Assembly: GCF_006345805.1 (NCBI RefSeq)
Contig: NC_043004.1
Span: 100,936,001 to 101,000,000 of the forward strand
DNA from: Octopus sinensis
Lineage: Eukaryota
Length of the DNA: 64,000 bases
Reading direction: 5' to 3'
Of the stretch, positions 1 to 12,146 are shown one piece after another; position 1 is the stretch's first letter; every line of letters starts with the position of its first letter. Position numbers and translations under genes: made by a program. Under the pieces are notes generated by a model that saw nothing but the letters and a program-made list of their open reading frames with translations, was not told the origin of the DNA and did not search any database.

Positions 1-1924
1 GTGTTTACATTTTTGGAGGCATGGTTAGAGAGAGGAAAAGAGAAAAAGAAGAAAAGGAAGAAAGAAAGCAAGAAAGAAAGATAGAAAAGTGTTTTCTGGG
101 ATGATTGAAACTGATGATCGGTCAAAAAGGTCAATTTTTCTTCATCAATTGCAATAAATTTCTTTCCGTCATTGTATGACTGACAGTATTTTCGGTCAGT
201 TGTCATGTTACCCAGCTGTAGAGAATAGAATCGGTCTAATTGTTTTGAAGGGTCTTTAAGTGCATGTGTGCGTGCACGCGTGTGTATGTGTGTGTGTGTG
301 TGTGTGTGTGTTTAAGTGTATATGTGTTGGAGTGCGTGGTGTGTGTTGGTTGCTTAAGTGAATTTTTCCAGTTATTTTAGTAACATTAATAAAAACATTA
401 TTAATAATATAAAGTATACTAGCCATCACTTAGGTTTGCGTATCACTTGGGTTTGCGAGAGGGGTGACCTCCCTTTGCAAATATCATAAGGTCACAGAAA
501 TTGTGTCTAAAGCCAGCTGGAGACGATGATCTCCTGGGGCTAAAAAGCTACAGTAACACCCACCCTTAGTGGTTAGCCATATTGAGATGGCTAGTATACT
601 TTACGTTGTCGAGCGCTTACTGTTTACATCTCGCTCAGAGATTTATTATTGCTTATTAATAATAATACCCAGTAATCTGGTTTGATTCATCTAGGAACTA
701 ATGTTTAATAAGAATTTCTCAAGTTAGTGAATATTTGTAGATCGCTTGATTTTTCCTACAACATATGGTATTTATCGAAGGAGGGTTTCCACTTTCCAAT
801 GAAACTTTGGTCTTGAAACTTTTGTCTACTTTCTTGGATATTTTAACTTCTAAAAAACCAACCACCAGGTTAGTATATGAGGTTTAAATGTCGTCCCTAT
901 AGCTGTGACCTGCCTTTGTCGATATTTTACCATCAAAGTTAAAGGTGTTTTCTTCTTGTACAAGGCGTGTGGCTTCAGTAACGAAAAAAAGCCTTTTGAA
1001 ACGTTCGCTTATCTTCTGTTTTTCTACTCAGTGTTTGATTGCTTCCAGGCCCAAAGTGTGAAATATGTTAGAATAAAGATTACTAATATCAGAACTTGTA
1101 AGGATAATATCAGAACTTCTGGGATAATGGGCGGAATATATTTGAGAAATACATATCGTCTCGTACTCGCATATAGCTGGGTATTACTTGGTATAATAGT
1201 TTAACTAGCATATCTAAAAGATGACTACGTCGTTGTGTTGGAGATTGTGGCCAGCAACTATTGATCTCAATCTGAGATCAGTGGGCCTTTCTAATTTTAT
1301 GAACTGCTTCTTCTGTTCACTTATGGTTCTCTATATTTCTGACCTTTTATGAATCTTGAATAATCCGTAGAAATCGCTCTCTTTAATTTCAGAGTTACAT
1401 AAGTAATCTATCTTCTTTTTATATGTGAAGAAGTTTGGGTTTTGGTTAAAATATGTTCTGATTTTATTCATTTTTGTTTTTTCTAGATTTCTTGTTTCTT
1501 CCTTATAGTAATTTTTGTCTGTTAAACGTTCCAATATTTTGTCTTTACAATTGTCATGGTCCATAACCACGATCGCTTCCACCCTTGTACGATTATCTTG
1601 GGATGATTTAGTCGTCTTTTTTTTAGTACTAGTAAAGCCCCCTTTTTCTTCTTTATATTTACGGGAACTAAGAGGGGGTTCGGAAATTGTATCTTTATAT
1701 GTATCTAAATGCTTGTCATTCCCCTTGTAGGGGGCTGAAGTAGGATTTATTTCTGACAATTGACTCGTCATTTATATTCTTATTGCCGAGGAATTCCATG
1801 AAGCGTAAACAGCGACTAAAATATTCACTGTCTGCGACTTTTAGTTCTTTGAGGTTAGAATTAGGTATAGGGATAAATCTGAAACCTTTCAGTGAAAAAT
1901 CTATTTCATTTTTGTTATTCTTTT

Positions 1925-2333
1925 ATTCTTTCTTTTACTTATTTCAGTCATTTGACTGTGGCCATGCTGGAGCACCGCCTTTAGTAGAGCAAATCGACCC
2001 CTGGAGTTATTCTTTGTAAGCCAAGCACTTATTCTATGGGTCTCTTTTGCCGAAACGCTAAGTTACGGGGACATAAACACAGCAGCATCGGTTGTCAAGC
2101 GATGTTGGAGGCACAAACACAGACACACAAACATATACACATATATACATATATATATATACATATATAAGCCGCGCTTCTTTCAGTTTCCGTCTACCAA
2201 ATCCACTCACAAGGCTTTGGTTGTCCCGAGACTATAGTAGAAGACACTTGCCCAAGGTGCCACACAGTGGGACTGAACTCGGAACCATGTGGTTGGTAAG
2301 CAAGCTAGTTACCAGACAGCCACTCCTGCGCCT
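1925..2333 (-). mobile_element. tRNA-derived SINE, family A (CORE-like CCTTGGGCAAGTGTCTT; tail CAGCATGGCC...GAAACAAGTAAAAG)
   Basis: Closely matches copies at 10890, 25390 and 49215; splits the PLE reading frame. Confidence 0.85.
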
Positions 2334-3547
2334 TGAGGACTTTTTTTTTTTTTTGATAAATGTATAATTTTAGAATTTTAGATTCTACCTATCGTATGGG
2401 TTTATTAAAATCTCTGTGTCATCGAATCTGGGTCCCGGTTGTAGTAGGTTTTCCCTAGAAATGGAGTTGTAATATTGTGTCCCCGTTTTCAACTTCAGAG
2501 GTTCTTGTTTCTTCGTAGGTGAGACAATATTCTGTGCTATCTATTTGTATCACGTCACATATAATATCTGTCTCCTTCCTATCTCTTTGTATGCTTGTTT
2601 GGCCATTCTGGATGTTTGGGATTGCTGGTCGTTAACCGCAGATTTTTTTATCTTCCATGATTATTTATTTGTATTATTACTTATTTTGTCTGTTTTTCCT
2701 TTGTCTTTCGTTCCATGTGTTTGTACATCTAGGGCATTTGGTATAATGGGATGGTGGTTGTCTTCTTATATCTTGCGTGTTTGTTTGTGGTAGTAACTTG
2801 TTTTGGAATCGTAGTTTGCATTTGGGATTAACTTGAGGCCATCTCGCATATGTCTTTGGATGACTGGAAATCTGTATTTTCGTCTGACTCCTCTGGGGCC
2901 GATTTTCATCTTTTTCTGTGATTTGTCTGTATTTTTTCGTTGTGCTTTTGTTTTCATAATAGGTTTTTCTCCAAAGTTATTTTCGTAATTAATGAACCAC
3001 TCTTGTTGTTTCCCACATTTTTACAGTTTTTTCCCTCACCTCGTTTGGTGTCTTCTTTCCATAGTTTTTTGTAGTTTTTCACTTTGACTATCACTTCGTT
3101 CTGAGATTTAAGCAAACATGGCTGCATCAGTTGTTTTGCGCTTTTCTTCAAACCAAACTTTTCTTTATTGGCGGTTTATTTCTGTTTCCAGACGGCATAA
3201 TGCGAAGTTTGCATGTATCGCTTTCTCTTCTACCTTTCACTCTTTCCAACTCTAATGAAGAATTTTCTGGTGAAGGATTGGGTTTTCTTTGTTTCGACAA
3301 ATTTGGTAGCTATTGGTTATTTTATCACATCAAATGCGTTTCCAATATGCTTGTTTGCGTTGATCCCAACATTTTTTTTCAGAGTTATGGTTTCATTTAA
3401 TTTTGTTTGTGCATATCAACTGATGTTTCTTTCTTGTAAATTTTTCTTCGAGACAGGCAGAATTTGTGATCCCTAGAGTATCTTTAGGAAAAGTACTTTG
3501 TGTATTAATGTCATTTACAATTTCATCTATTGGGGTGAAAATAGTGT

Positions 3548-3585
<38 letters not shown>

Positions 3586-3797
3586 AAATATTAGGGAATA
3601 AATCCAAACTTACAGGGAAAAATCAGATTTAGGATTGAATCCAATTTTATAGTAGAATATTATATTATATTAAATTAGAGATAAAACCACTATTAGGCAA
3701 ATCATACAATGAAAAACTTAAGCCAATACATAAGATTAATTAATTTATATTATTTTAAATATATATATCAAAATTATTAAAAAAGGATAATGAGTAT

Positions 3798-3864
3798 AAC
3801 ACTACGATCGTTTCATGGCTGTCCAATTCGTAAAAATTCGAGTTACAGTCAATCTTCAGGTGAT
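3798..3864 (-). ncRNA. Minimal type I hammerhead ribozyme motif
   Basis: Reverse complement reads ATCAC-CTGAAGA-TTGACTGT..ACAGCCAT-GAAAC-GATC-GTA-GTGTT: helix I, consensus core, helix II with 2 mismatches, palindromic helix III loop, GUA triplet. Confidence 0.75.
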
Positions 3865-4409
3865 TGAAATATATATGTGTGTGTGTGTGTGTGTGTGCGT
3901 GTGCGTGTGTGTGTGCACGCGTGTGTGTGTGTGCATATATAAAAGTCTGCACGTGTCTTTGTACAGTTTTTGTATACCAAATTCCACTGGCAAAATATTG
4001 GATGGCCTGGAGCTTTGAAAGTGTTTTAGAGTAGAATGTATCTCGGAATCATATGGCTGGGAAGCGAATTGGTCAACCACATATCCAGGCTTTTCTCCCT
4101 CCTCTTTTCCTATCCTTAATGTAAACTGCAACTGTCCTTGTTATGTCTTCCCCCATTTGATGATCTTGAGACAACAAAAATTACTACCACTACTGCTACT
4201 ACTAATACTAATACTACTACTGCTGCTGCAAGAACTGCTGGCAGATACGTTAGAGCATTAGAGAAATGTTTTTCGGTATTACTTACAATTCCTTACATTG
4301 GTTCCAAATTCCGTCGGCTTTGTCTTCCGTCTTTTCGAGATCGATAAAATATAGTTGAGCACTGGGATGCTTGTAATCGAATTACCTCCTCCCCTGAGGG
4401 AATCATCAT

Positions 4410-4414
4410 AATGG

Positions 4415-4462
<48 letters not shown>

Positions 4463-4476
4463 CCATCATCATCACC

Positions 4477-4507
<31 letters not shown>

Positions 4508-4535
4508 CCATCATCATCACCAACATCATCACCAA

Positions 4536-4576
<41 letters not shown>

Positions 4577-4649
4577 CCAACATCACCATCATCATCACCA
4601 TCATCATCACCATCATCATCATCATCATCATCATCATAGTCATCATTCA

Positions 4650-4680
<31 letters not shown>

Positions 4681-4715
4681 TTCATCTTCATCATCATCAC
4701 CATCACCATCATCAC

Positions 4716-4747
<32 letters not shown>

Positions 4748-4875
4748 CTATCATCATCACCATCATCATCACCATCATCATCATCACCATCATCATCATC
4801 ATAGTCATCATCCACATCATCATCACCATCATCATCATCATAGTCATCATCCACATCATCACCATCATCATCAAC
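4410..4875 (+). repeat. (CAT)n/(CAC)n microsatellite
   Basis: Direct reading; source of the poly-D, poly-M and poly-I ORFs. Confidence 0.97.
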
Positions 4876-5238
4876 TGCAGCATATTTATCATTATTTCAA
4901 TGTTTTCTTCTTACAGCTTTTTTTTTCTTTTTTTGTTGTTTTCCTTTTTCCATTCTTGCCTTCCATCCATCCATCGTTTCTTTCCTCCTTGCCAAAACTC
5001 ATCTGTCGTCTCCCTATAATTATAAATCCACATACCTTTTTTCTATTTCCCTGCCAATTCCGAAAAACACTCGAATACTTTCTCAAGACAAAAATTGTAC
5101 AATGGGAACAGATTACTTTATTGCAAAACAGAGACCAAAATCACCGCACGAGCTTTTGTCTCAGACCTCGGGAATACATTAACAAACAACAGAAAATGAG
5201 GAAACCAGAAATAGAAAACTTCTCTCTCTCACTCAATC

Positions 5239-5288
<50 letters not shown>

Positions 5289-5849
5289 ACTCTCTCTATC
5301 TATCTCTTTCCCTTTCATTCTTTTTCCAACATCCATGTGCAATACAATCAGCATTAAACCACTCAAGAGATAATCAACCCCCCACCCCCGACCTGCTTCG
5401 CAATGGATTGCCGTTAATGTTGCGACTGTTTCTCCCCCAGGTCAATCCTGAATTAAGAGACCTAGGCTCAAAGACATTCCTACCATGACAATTGCAACAT
5501 TTTTCACACATAATCTGTCTGGAACTACGTTTCCCTGCATTTTCCAATGTGGAAACTTGATATAAATTTAATTGCTATTTCTTGCATGATTTCAGCTATT
5601 GGACTACGGTCATGCTGGAGCATCACTTTTACACTTCATCTTTCGAACGGAACCACCGTTTTTGGAAATGATGGACTTTTAATGGAGTTAACATTAGATT
5701 TCTCTTCGTGGCCGTTATCTTTTAGAAATAATCTATCGATTATTTCAATATCATTTCTATTGTTGGTTCATTTGGTGAACCGACTGACTAGAGTACAATG
5801 GCTTTGTCCACCTTGCATTTATTTCGTTGGTTGGAAGAGAGTGGGAAAC

Positions 5850-6357
5850 AGTATTAAGAGAAAAGAGAAGAGCGAAAGAAACGAATGTTGTAAGTGAAGA
5901 GACGTCGAGGCAGGAAAAGAAAGAGAAAAAATTTAGAGTTTAGAAAAGTTAAAGTGAGCGTGTGAATATATAAGAGAGAGGCAGGCAGACAGAGACAGAC
6001 ACAGAGAGACAGAGACAGAGAAGAGAGAGACAGAGAGAGACAGAGAGACAAAGAGAAATAGCGAGGAGATTACGAGTAAGAGACAGAGAGAAAAGGAGTC
6101 GGAGAGAGAAAAGAATGATGTTAAAGAAAAGATGTTGGTATAGGAGAAGGGTCACAGAGTCAGAGAATGTCTGAATGTAAAACTCACAGAGAGGCAAAGG
6201 GACAGGGGCCGAGAGAGAGTGAGATCGACAGTGAAAAAAAAGAGAAGGAGAGTTAGAGAGAGAGAAAGAAGAGTAATATAAATGAAAATATGAGGAGAGT
6301 AGGTAGAGAAGAAGCAAAAAGTCAGAGATTGAGCTAGTGTGTTAAAGTAAGATTCAC

Positions 6358-6395
<38 letters not shown>

Positions 6396-6400
6396 TAATG

Positions 6401-6431
<31 letters not shown>

Positions 6432-6460
6432 TAATAGTCAGAGAGAGAGGGGGAGTAAAA
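5850..6460 (+). repeat. Degenerate (GA)n/(GACA)n purine-rich tract
   Basis: Direct reading. Confidence 0.9.
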
Positions 6461-6905
6461 GAGTCACAGAGAAAAACAATAGGAATGACCGTGTAAAACA
6501 GAGAAAACGTGTGTCCATGAACGACAAATACTGACAACATATACATGTCACAAACACACATGCCCATAAGCATATAACCACACACAAACTTCAAACTACA
6601 CACACATGCACAAACAATCTACAATCTTACAAAAATAAAATCATACACAAATGCTCTTACGTTGACACCAACAAAAGGCAAACCGAAGCAAATGAAAAAC
6701 TGGAACAGACACAATGAAACAAATCGGTAACGTAACTCCCTAGTCACACGGCTGACAACAAACATATGGTTGCCAACGTAACACACACAAGGAAATTAGA
6801 GAATTTGAAGTAAATGAGAATGGAACAAGAAACTTTGTGTGTGAGTGTGTGCGTGCGTGTGTGTGTGTGTACAAAAAATAGAAATAATAACCCTCAGAGC
6901 GTCGG

Positions 6906-7175
6906 CTGCGGGGTCACTCCGAAAAGCTCTATCTGCTACGATTTCATCTCAATCGAAGGAGAGGGGCTTTCTCCGTCCGGGTTGCGGATCCGTAGAATAA
7001 GCTGCCGGACGAGATAGTGAAGATGCCGACGACCGCGCGGTTCAAAGTCTCCCTTGACTTCAAGTGGCCTGAACTCTTTACATAAACACCACCCTGTACA
7101 TAACTGCATGTCCCCCTACATGGCTTTGCTTTTTGCTTTTTGAGCCAAAAAATTAACTAACTAACTAACTAACTA
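6906..7175 (+). mobile_element. CR1-type LINE 3' end
   Basis: Translates LRGHSEKLYLLRFHLNRRRGAFSVRVADP*NKLPDEIVKMPTTARFKVSLD, the typical CR1 ORF2 C-terminus (RGH..KL...WN.LP...F K..LD). Stop at 7083-7085, short 3' UTR, (TAAC)n tail at ~7152-7175. Confidence 0.85.
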
Positions 7176-7369
7176 CAAGCATGTATGACAAGGTACGAGT
7201 ATCACGTGTCGTGCTTTCACTGGTTGTTTTGGGTATCTGTGTAGTCGCGAACAGACATAGAAATCCCATCGGCCCTCTCCTTCTTTGCCCAGCAGCAGAA
7301 CATCCTGGATGTAACAACCTAAAGGACAGGGGATTCACCAGCACTTGGCTAGTACTCGTTTGCAGTATC

Positions 7370-7490
7370 AGAGTAGCATCAAATGAGGTGATTTGTACAA
7401 GGAGACAACGCGGCACCCGGCATAGAAATTGAACGTACGACCTAATGAGTGAGAGGTCGAAACCATAATTATTAATCCACACGCCTTGAA
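7370..7490 (-). mobile_element. Degenerate tRNA-derived SINE 5' part
   Basis: Similar to the head of the family C' copies at 21680-22006 and 30865-31175. Confidence 0.45.
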
Positions 7491-7579
7491 AATGTAAGTG
7501 TCTAGGCTAGGAATCGAAACCAAGCCTCCCGTGTAACGAGCGAGTATTCTATTATCAAACCAGATTCTGACACATATAC

Positions 7580-8075
7580 GTGTATGTATGTATGTATGTA
7601 TGTATGTATGTATGTATGTATGTATGTATGTATGTATGTATGTATGTATGTATTTATTTATGTATGTATGTATGTATGTATGTATGTATGTATGTATGTA
7701 TGTATGTATGTATGTATTTATGTATGTATGTATGCATGTATGTATGTATGTATGTATGTATGTATGTATTTGTGTATGTATGTATGTATGTATGTATGTA
7801 TGCATGTATGTATGTATGAATGTATGTATGTATGTATTTATGTATGTATGTATGTATGTATGTATGTATTCATGTATGTATGTATGTATGTATGTATGTA
7901 TGTATGTATGTATTTATGTATGTATGTGTGTATGTATGTATGTATGTATGTATTCATGTATGCATGTATGTATGTATGTACGTATGTATGTATTTATGTA
8001 TGTATGTATGTATGTATGTATGTATGTATGTATGTATGTATGCATGCATGTATGTATGTATGTATGTATGTATGT
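7580..8075 (+). repeat. (TATG)n microsatellite
   Basis: Direct reading; source of the MYVC ORFs. Confidence 0.97.
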
Positions 8076-8544
8076 ATTATCTGCCTATGTACGGATGCGT
8101 TTGTATATGTATGCCATTATTCAGTTTTATTTCAAGATTTCTTGCCAATAGAGAAAGAACCAGTTTCTAACCTAGATCCAATGCTCCTTCACTGGAATTT
8201 CAACATCAACAACAGGATATTTTTCTATGTATGTATGTATGTATGTACGTATGTATGTATGCATGTATGTATGCAGATTTGTGTTTTGTTTTATGTATAT
8301 CTTCTCATGCATATACTTGCATAACTAGACATGGTTATACATACTTAAATGTTAAACTTCTGGAAGGTTTTACAGATTTTTACGGTTCCAGTGATGAATT
8401 GGATCTGTAGTCTTTGAATCAACTTTTTCCTTTTTGATTTTGAGAAGCCTAATTTCTCAAGATTGATATTTAGGCAGTGTGTTTATACGTTTCTAGAGAC
8501 AGACAAGAAGTTTAGCGTTCTAATCCTCTTACTCAAGCAGCAGT

Positions 8545-10217
8545 AAGAACTTCATCTTGCAATATTGTGCGCCAAGAATGTGGACCATCCCGGACCGCTA
8601 AAAGGTTTTGCGGTACGATTGAAACATGTTTTGCTATCTTTATGCGCTAGAATCTTCTTGAAGTAATTCGTAAATGGACAAACGTTGAAGGTGAGGTTGT
8701 TTACAAAGATAAATGGAAGGAAATTGGTCACTCTGAACTAAAGAAATTTATTGGACTGATTATTTTTATAGATGTTTATAAATCTAAACATGAAAATGTC
8801 ACACAGTTATGGAGTCAAGAAGATGGCCGCCAAATATTCAACAAAATTATGAGCCAAGGAAAATTTCAACAGATTTTACAAATGTTGTGTCTTGATGCTA
8901 CTGCAAGAAGAAAAAAGAGAAGTGATGATAAATTGGAGTCTATAAGAGAAGTATTAGAAATATGGAATCCGAATTTGCAAGATGGATATGTTCCAAGTTC
9001 ATGAATGATAGTTCATGAACAATTAGTTTCATTCAGAGGGCGCTGCCCATTCCGAGTATATATTCGTTCAAAACCAGGGAAATATGGAAATAGAATTTGG
9101 GCAATATGCAACAGAGAAACATCTTATGCCTGGAAAATGCAAATCTGCACTGGAAAAGACCCAGTAAAATGGAGATAGACAAATCAAGTTGCAAGAGTTG
9201 TTAAAGACCTTGTAAAAGAACTTGAAAATACTGGTCGCAGTATAACTTGTGATAATTTTTTACAAATCTAGGATTGGCTCGAAAGCTGCTTAGCGAGAAA
9301 ACTACTTTAGTTGGAACAATTAGAAAGAACAGAGTCGAACTTCCAAGTGCTTTCACAAATGGAAAAGCAAGATAAATCAACAGCACAATATTTGGATTTC
9401 AAAGGTGTCTATGATCCTATTTTATTGTCCCAAGAAAGATTATGTAGTCACACTTATGAGTACAATGTACTCTCAGCCTTCAATTGATTCAAAAAGTGCT
9501 GGAATTAAACCTGAAGTTGTTACATGTTACAACAAAACAAAAGGAGTAGATACCTTAAATAAGAAGGTAAGGACATACACTTGCAAAAGAATGACTCGAA
9601 GATGGCCTGTAGTTTTATTCTACAACATGATTGATATAAGTGCAATGAATGCCTTCATTGTTGCTAAACAGTTTCACTTGCAAATTTTCAAGGATAAATG
9701 AAGACAGTAGCTAATTCAATTAGGAAAGGAACTTGCTGGAGTTAATGCTAAACAGGAACATGACAAACAATCTTCTAGTTCTGCTAACATTTCTCAACTA
9801 AACAAGAAAAGAAAACGATCATCAACCTCATTTGAGCTGCCTCATTCAAAGAAAAATGGAAAATGTTTTTGTATTTGCATGCACCCCCCTCCCCAAGACA
9901 GGAAAGCTCGTGTTACATGTAAGAATTGTAATACCCACGTTTGCCAAGAACATTCCAATCCCGTCGGCATTCACCGCCATGAAAAGACGTAATTCTGTAT
10001 TTTTGTAACTTTTTAAATTTATAATATATTCTGTAAGTAGTATTTTCTTTTTTTTAATTTGTGAGAAACAGTAATTCTTCATTCACCTGACAGTATATAT
10101 AATATAACTAAGAAATAGCGGTAGTCTTAATAAAATTTAATTAAAAGAAAAATATTGGGTCCATTGAACCCAGTTGGTATTTGTGGCATGCATTTTCCCT
10201 GGTAGACCAAGCGTTAA
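8545..10217 (+). pseudogene. piggyBac-family transposase relic with probable right terminus
   Basis: Translates W.EI...ELKKFIGLII, IVHEQLVSFRGRCPFRVYIRSKPGKYG, GRSITCDNFF, YNKTKGVDTLNKKVRTYTCKRMTRRWP and a C-terminal Cys-rich RVTCKNCNTHVCQEH. Ends ...GACCAAGCG|TTAA (TTAA at 10214-10217). Stops and frameshifts; left end not found. Confidence 0.92.
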
Positions 10218-10374
10218 TATAGACACTAGAAAATTGCAATGCAATAACACAGGTTATTCATTTATTCAATGCTTTGACCTCGAATAATTAAAAACTTTAT
10301 CATGTGTGGGTACATGTACCACTCGTTTGCACATACATTCATGTATATGTATGTGTATATGTGCGCGCGTTTGG

Positions 10375-10660
10375 TGAAGGTGGGTGGTTTCCTGGTTAGG
10401 GCATCCTGCTCTCGATCGTAATGTTGTGAGCCCGATTCCCAGCGGCACGCTGTGTCGTTGAGCAAGACACTTTATTTCCCGTTGCTCCAGTCCACACAAG
10501 CCTTAGTCACATTATATATCACGTTTGAACCTGCCTACAAAACTACGTTACTAGTATGCGCGTCTGTGGAGTACTAAGCCACTTGCACGATATTTTCACC
10601 TGCAGGTTGTTCAGTTGATCGGATCAACTGGAATCCTTGTCGTTGTAACCGACAGGGAGT
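10375..10660 (+). mobile_element. SINE family C' (tRNA head, GAGCAAGACACTTTATTTC core, family C tail), degenerate
   Basis: Shares the 3' block GTCTGTGGAG..AGCCACTT..GTTGATCGGATCAAC with family C. Confidence 0.7.
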
Positions 10661-10833
10661 CAATTGTGAGTATGTTTGTGTGTATGCACGTTTGTGAGTA
10701 AGGGGAACAGAGACAGACAGACAGTCAGAAAGATATATATATAACATTAGCTGATATTGAAGTCATGGACAGTCCCAAACAAAGGTCGCTCAGCGTAGAC
10801 TGTTAAATTTGACATAATTAGCAGTATACATTC

Positions 10834-10885
<52 letters not shown>

Positions 10886-10889
10886 CTCT

Positions 10890-11270
10890 ATTACTTTTTA
10901 CTTGTTTCAGTCATTTGAATGCGGCCATACTGTAGCACCACCTTTAGTCGAACAAATAGACTCCAGCGCTTATTAGTTGTAAGCCTAGTGCTTATTCTAT
11001 CGGTGTCTTTTGCCGAACTGCTAAGTTACGGAGTCGTAAACACACCAACATTGATTGTCAAGCGATGGTGGGGGAACAAACAGAACACACACAAATATAT
11101 ATATACGACGGATTTCTCTCAGTTTCTGTCTACCAAATCCACTTACAAGGCCTTGATTGACCCGAGGCTATAGTAGAAGACACTTGCCCAGGGTGCCACG
11201 CAGTGGGACTGAACCCGGAACCATGTCATTGGGAAGCAAGCTTCTTACCACACAGTCACACCTGTACCTT
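10890..11270 (-). mobile_element. SINE family A
   Basis: Matches 1925-2333. Confidence 0.85.
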
Positions 11271-11271
11271 T

Positions 11272-11317
<46 letters not shown>

Positions 11318-11943
11318 TATATAAATATATATATATATATAATTTAAACGACAGACTATGCTGATGATCTTGCAGATGTTTGCGTATCCATTTACGTAAA
11401 TATTAACAAGTGAAACTAATTAGCACGTAGGTAATTTTTTTTATTTCGTATATTTTCATTTGTCTTGCTTATTTTTACAGTTTGGTTTTTTGCTGATTTT
11501 TTTCTTGAGAACACATTGTTCGTGGAAAATGGCGATTTTGACGTCTACATCTAGGATATAGGATGTCCATTGTTTTTAGTGGTCGGTCCTCTAAATTTTG
11601 TATAAATATATATATATATATATTGGCCTGCTCGCTTAGCCAGCGAAGTGGCGTCCTTTGAAGGCTAAACAATGCGAAGCGCATTGTGACCAGCGATGTG
11701 TAGCAACATCTGATAACCTGGTTGGTCACGGTGATATACGGTGATAATTGGTAATATATATATATATATATATCAGCGACAAAGGAATCCAGTACTCATT
11801 ATGTAATGAAAGATGTTGTTCATATATTTATATACACTTGAGACGTTGCTCACTCCGAAGGTAAGAGTGAGCGGGAGGTATGAACTGGAATCGACTCGAT
11901 ATCAAAAAGAATAGTAAATTACGTAAAGGTAAGGGAGGAAGAT

Positions 11944-12146
11944 ATGTCAAAAGTAAAGAAGGGCACTAAAATATGTGACGTAAGCGTGACGTCACCGTGA
12001 TGCTGTCGTTACGACACCACAGCTGCGCATGACGCGGCATTTTATTTCTAAGAAAGCAGACGACAGTTTCAAGAATTTTTGAAAGACGAAGGTGGACAAA
12101 TAATTGTGGAAATTACATTTTTGTAAGGAAGTTTATTGATAGCTAT
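11944..12146 (+). repeat. Copy 1 of a ~200 bp direct repeat containing CRE motifs (possible promoter or 5' UTR exon)
   Basis: Highly similar to 14981-15169. TGACGTAA at 11976 and TGACGTCA at 11987; CpG-rich compared with flanks. Confidence 0.8.

Larger units (their letters stand above)
430..3870 (-). mobile_element. Penelope-like retroelement relic (Neptune/Poseidon-type RT), 3'-truncated, with 5' pseudo-LTR; interrupted by a SINE
   Basis: Minus-strand translation gives degraded PLE motifs in order: KGFRFIPIP (~1880), AIVVMD..K.ILERL.D..YY, FYGLFKIHK (ORF 1331-1771), LRLRSIVAG, SHLLDML, Y.Q.QVTAIGTT (~900). An HHR lies at the upstream end (3798-3864). Many stops and frameshifts; no GIY-YIG seen. 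Confidence 0.8.

Noticed and set aside
4279-5019. Long poly-D, poly-M and poly-I ORFs
   Set aside because: Translations of the (CAT)n microsatellite. The same applies to the MYVC, YI, CV, LSIY and poly-N/S/T ORFs elsewhere.
8130-8220. HHR-like string on the minus strand (CCAGTGAAGG..GAAACTGGTTC)
   Set aside because: Core and helices I and II do not fit well enough to call.
11345-11380. DYADDL RT-like motif / CTGATGA
   Set aside because: Too short; no partner GAAAC and no extended RT homology.
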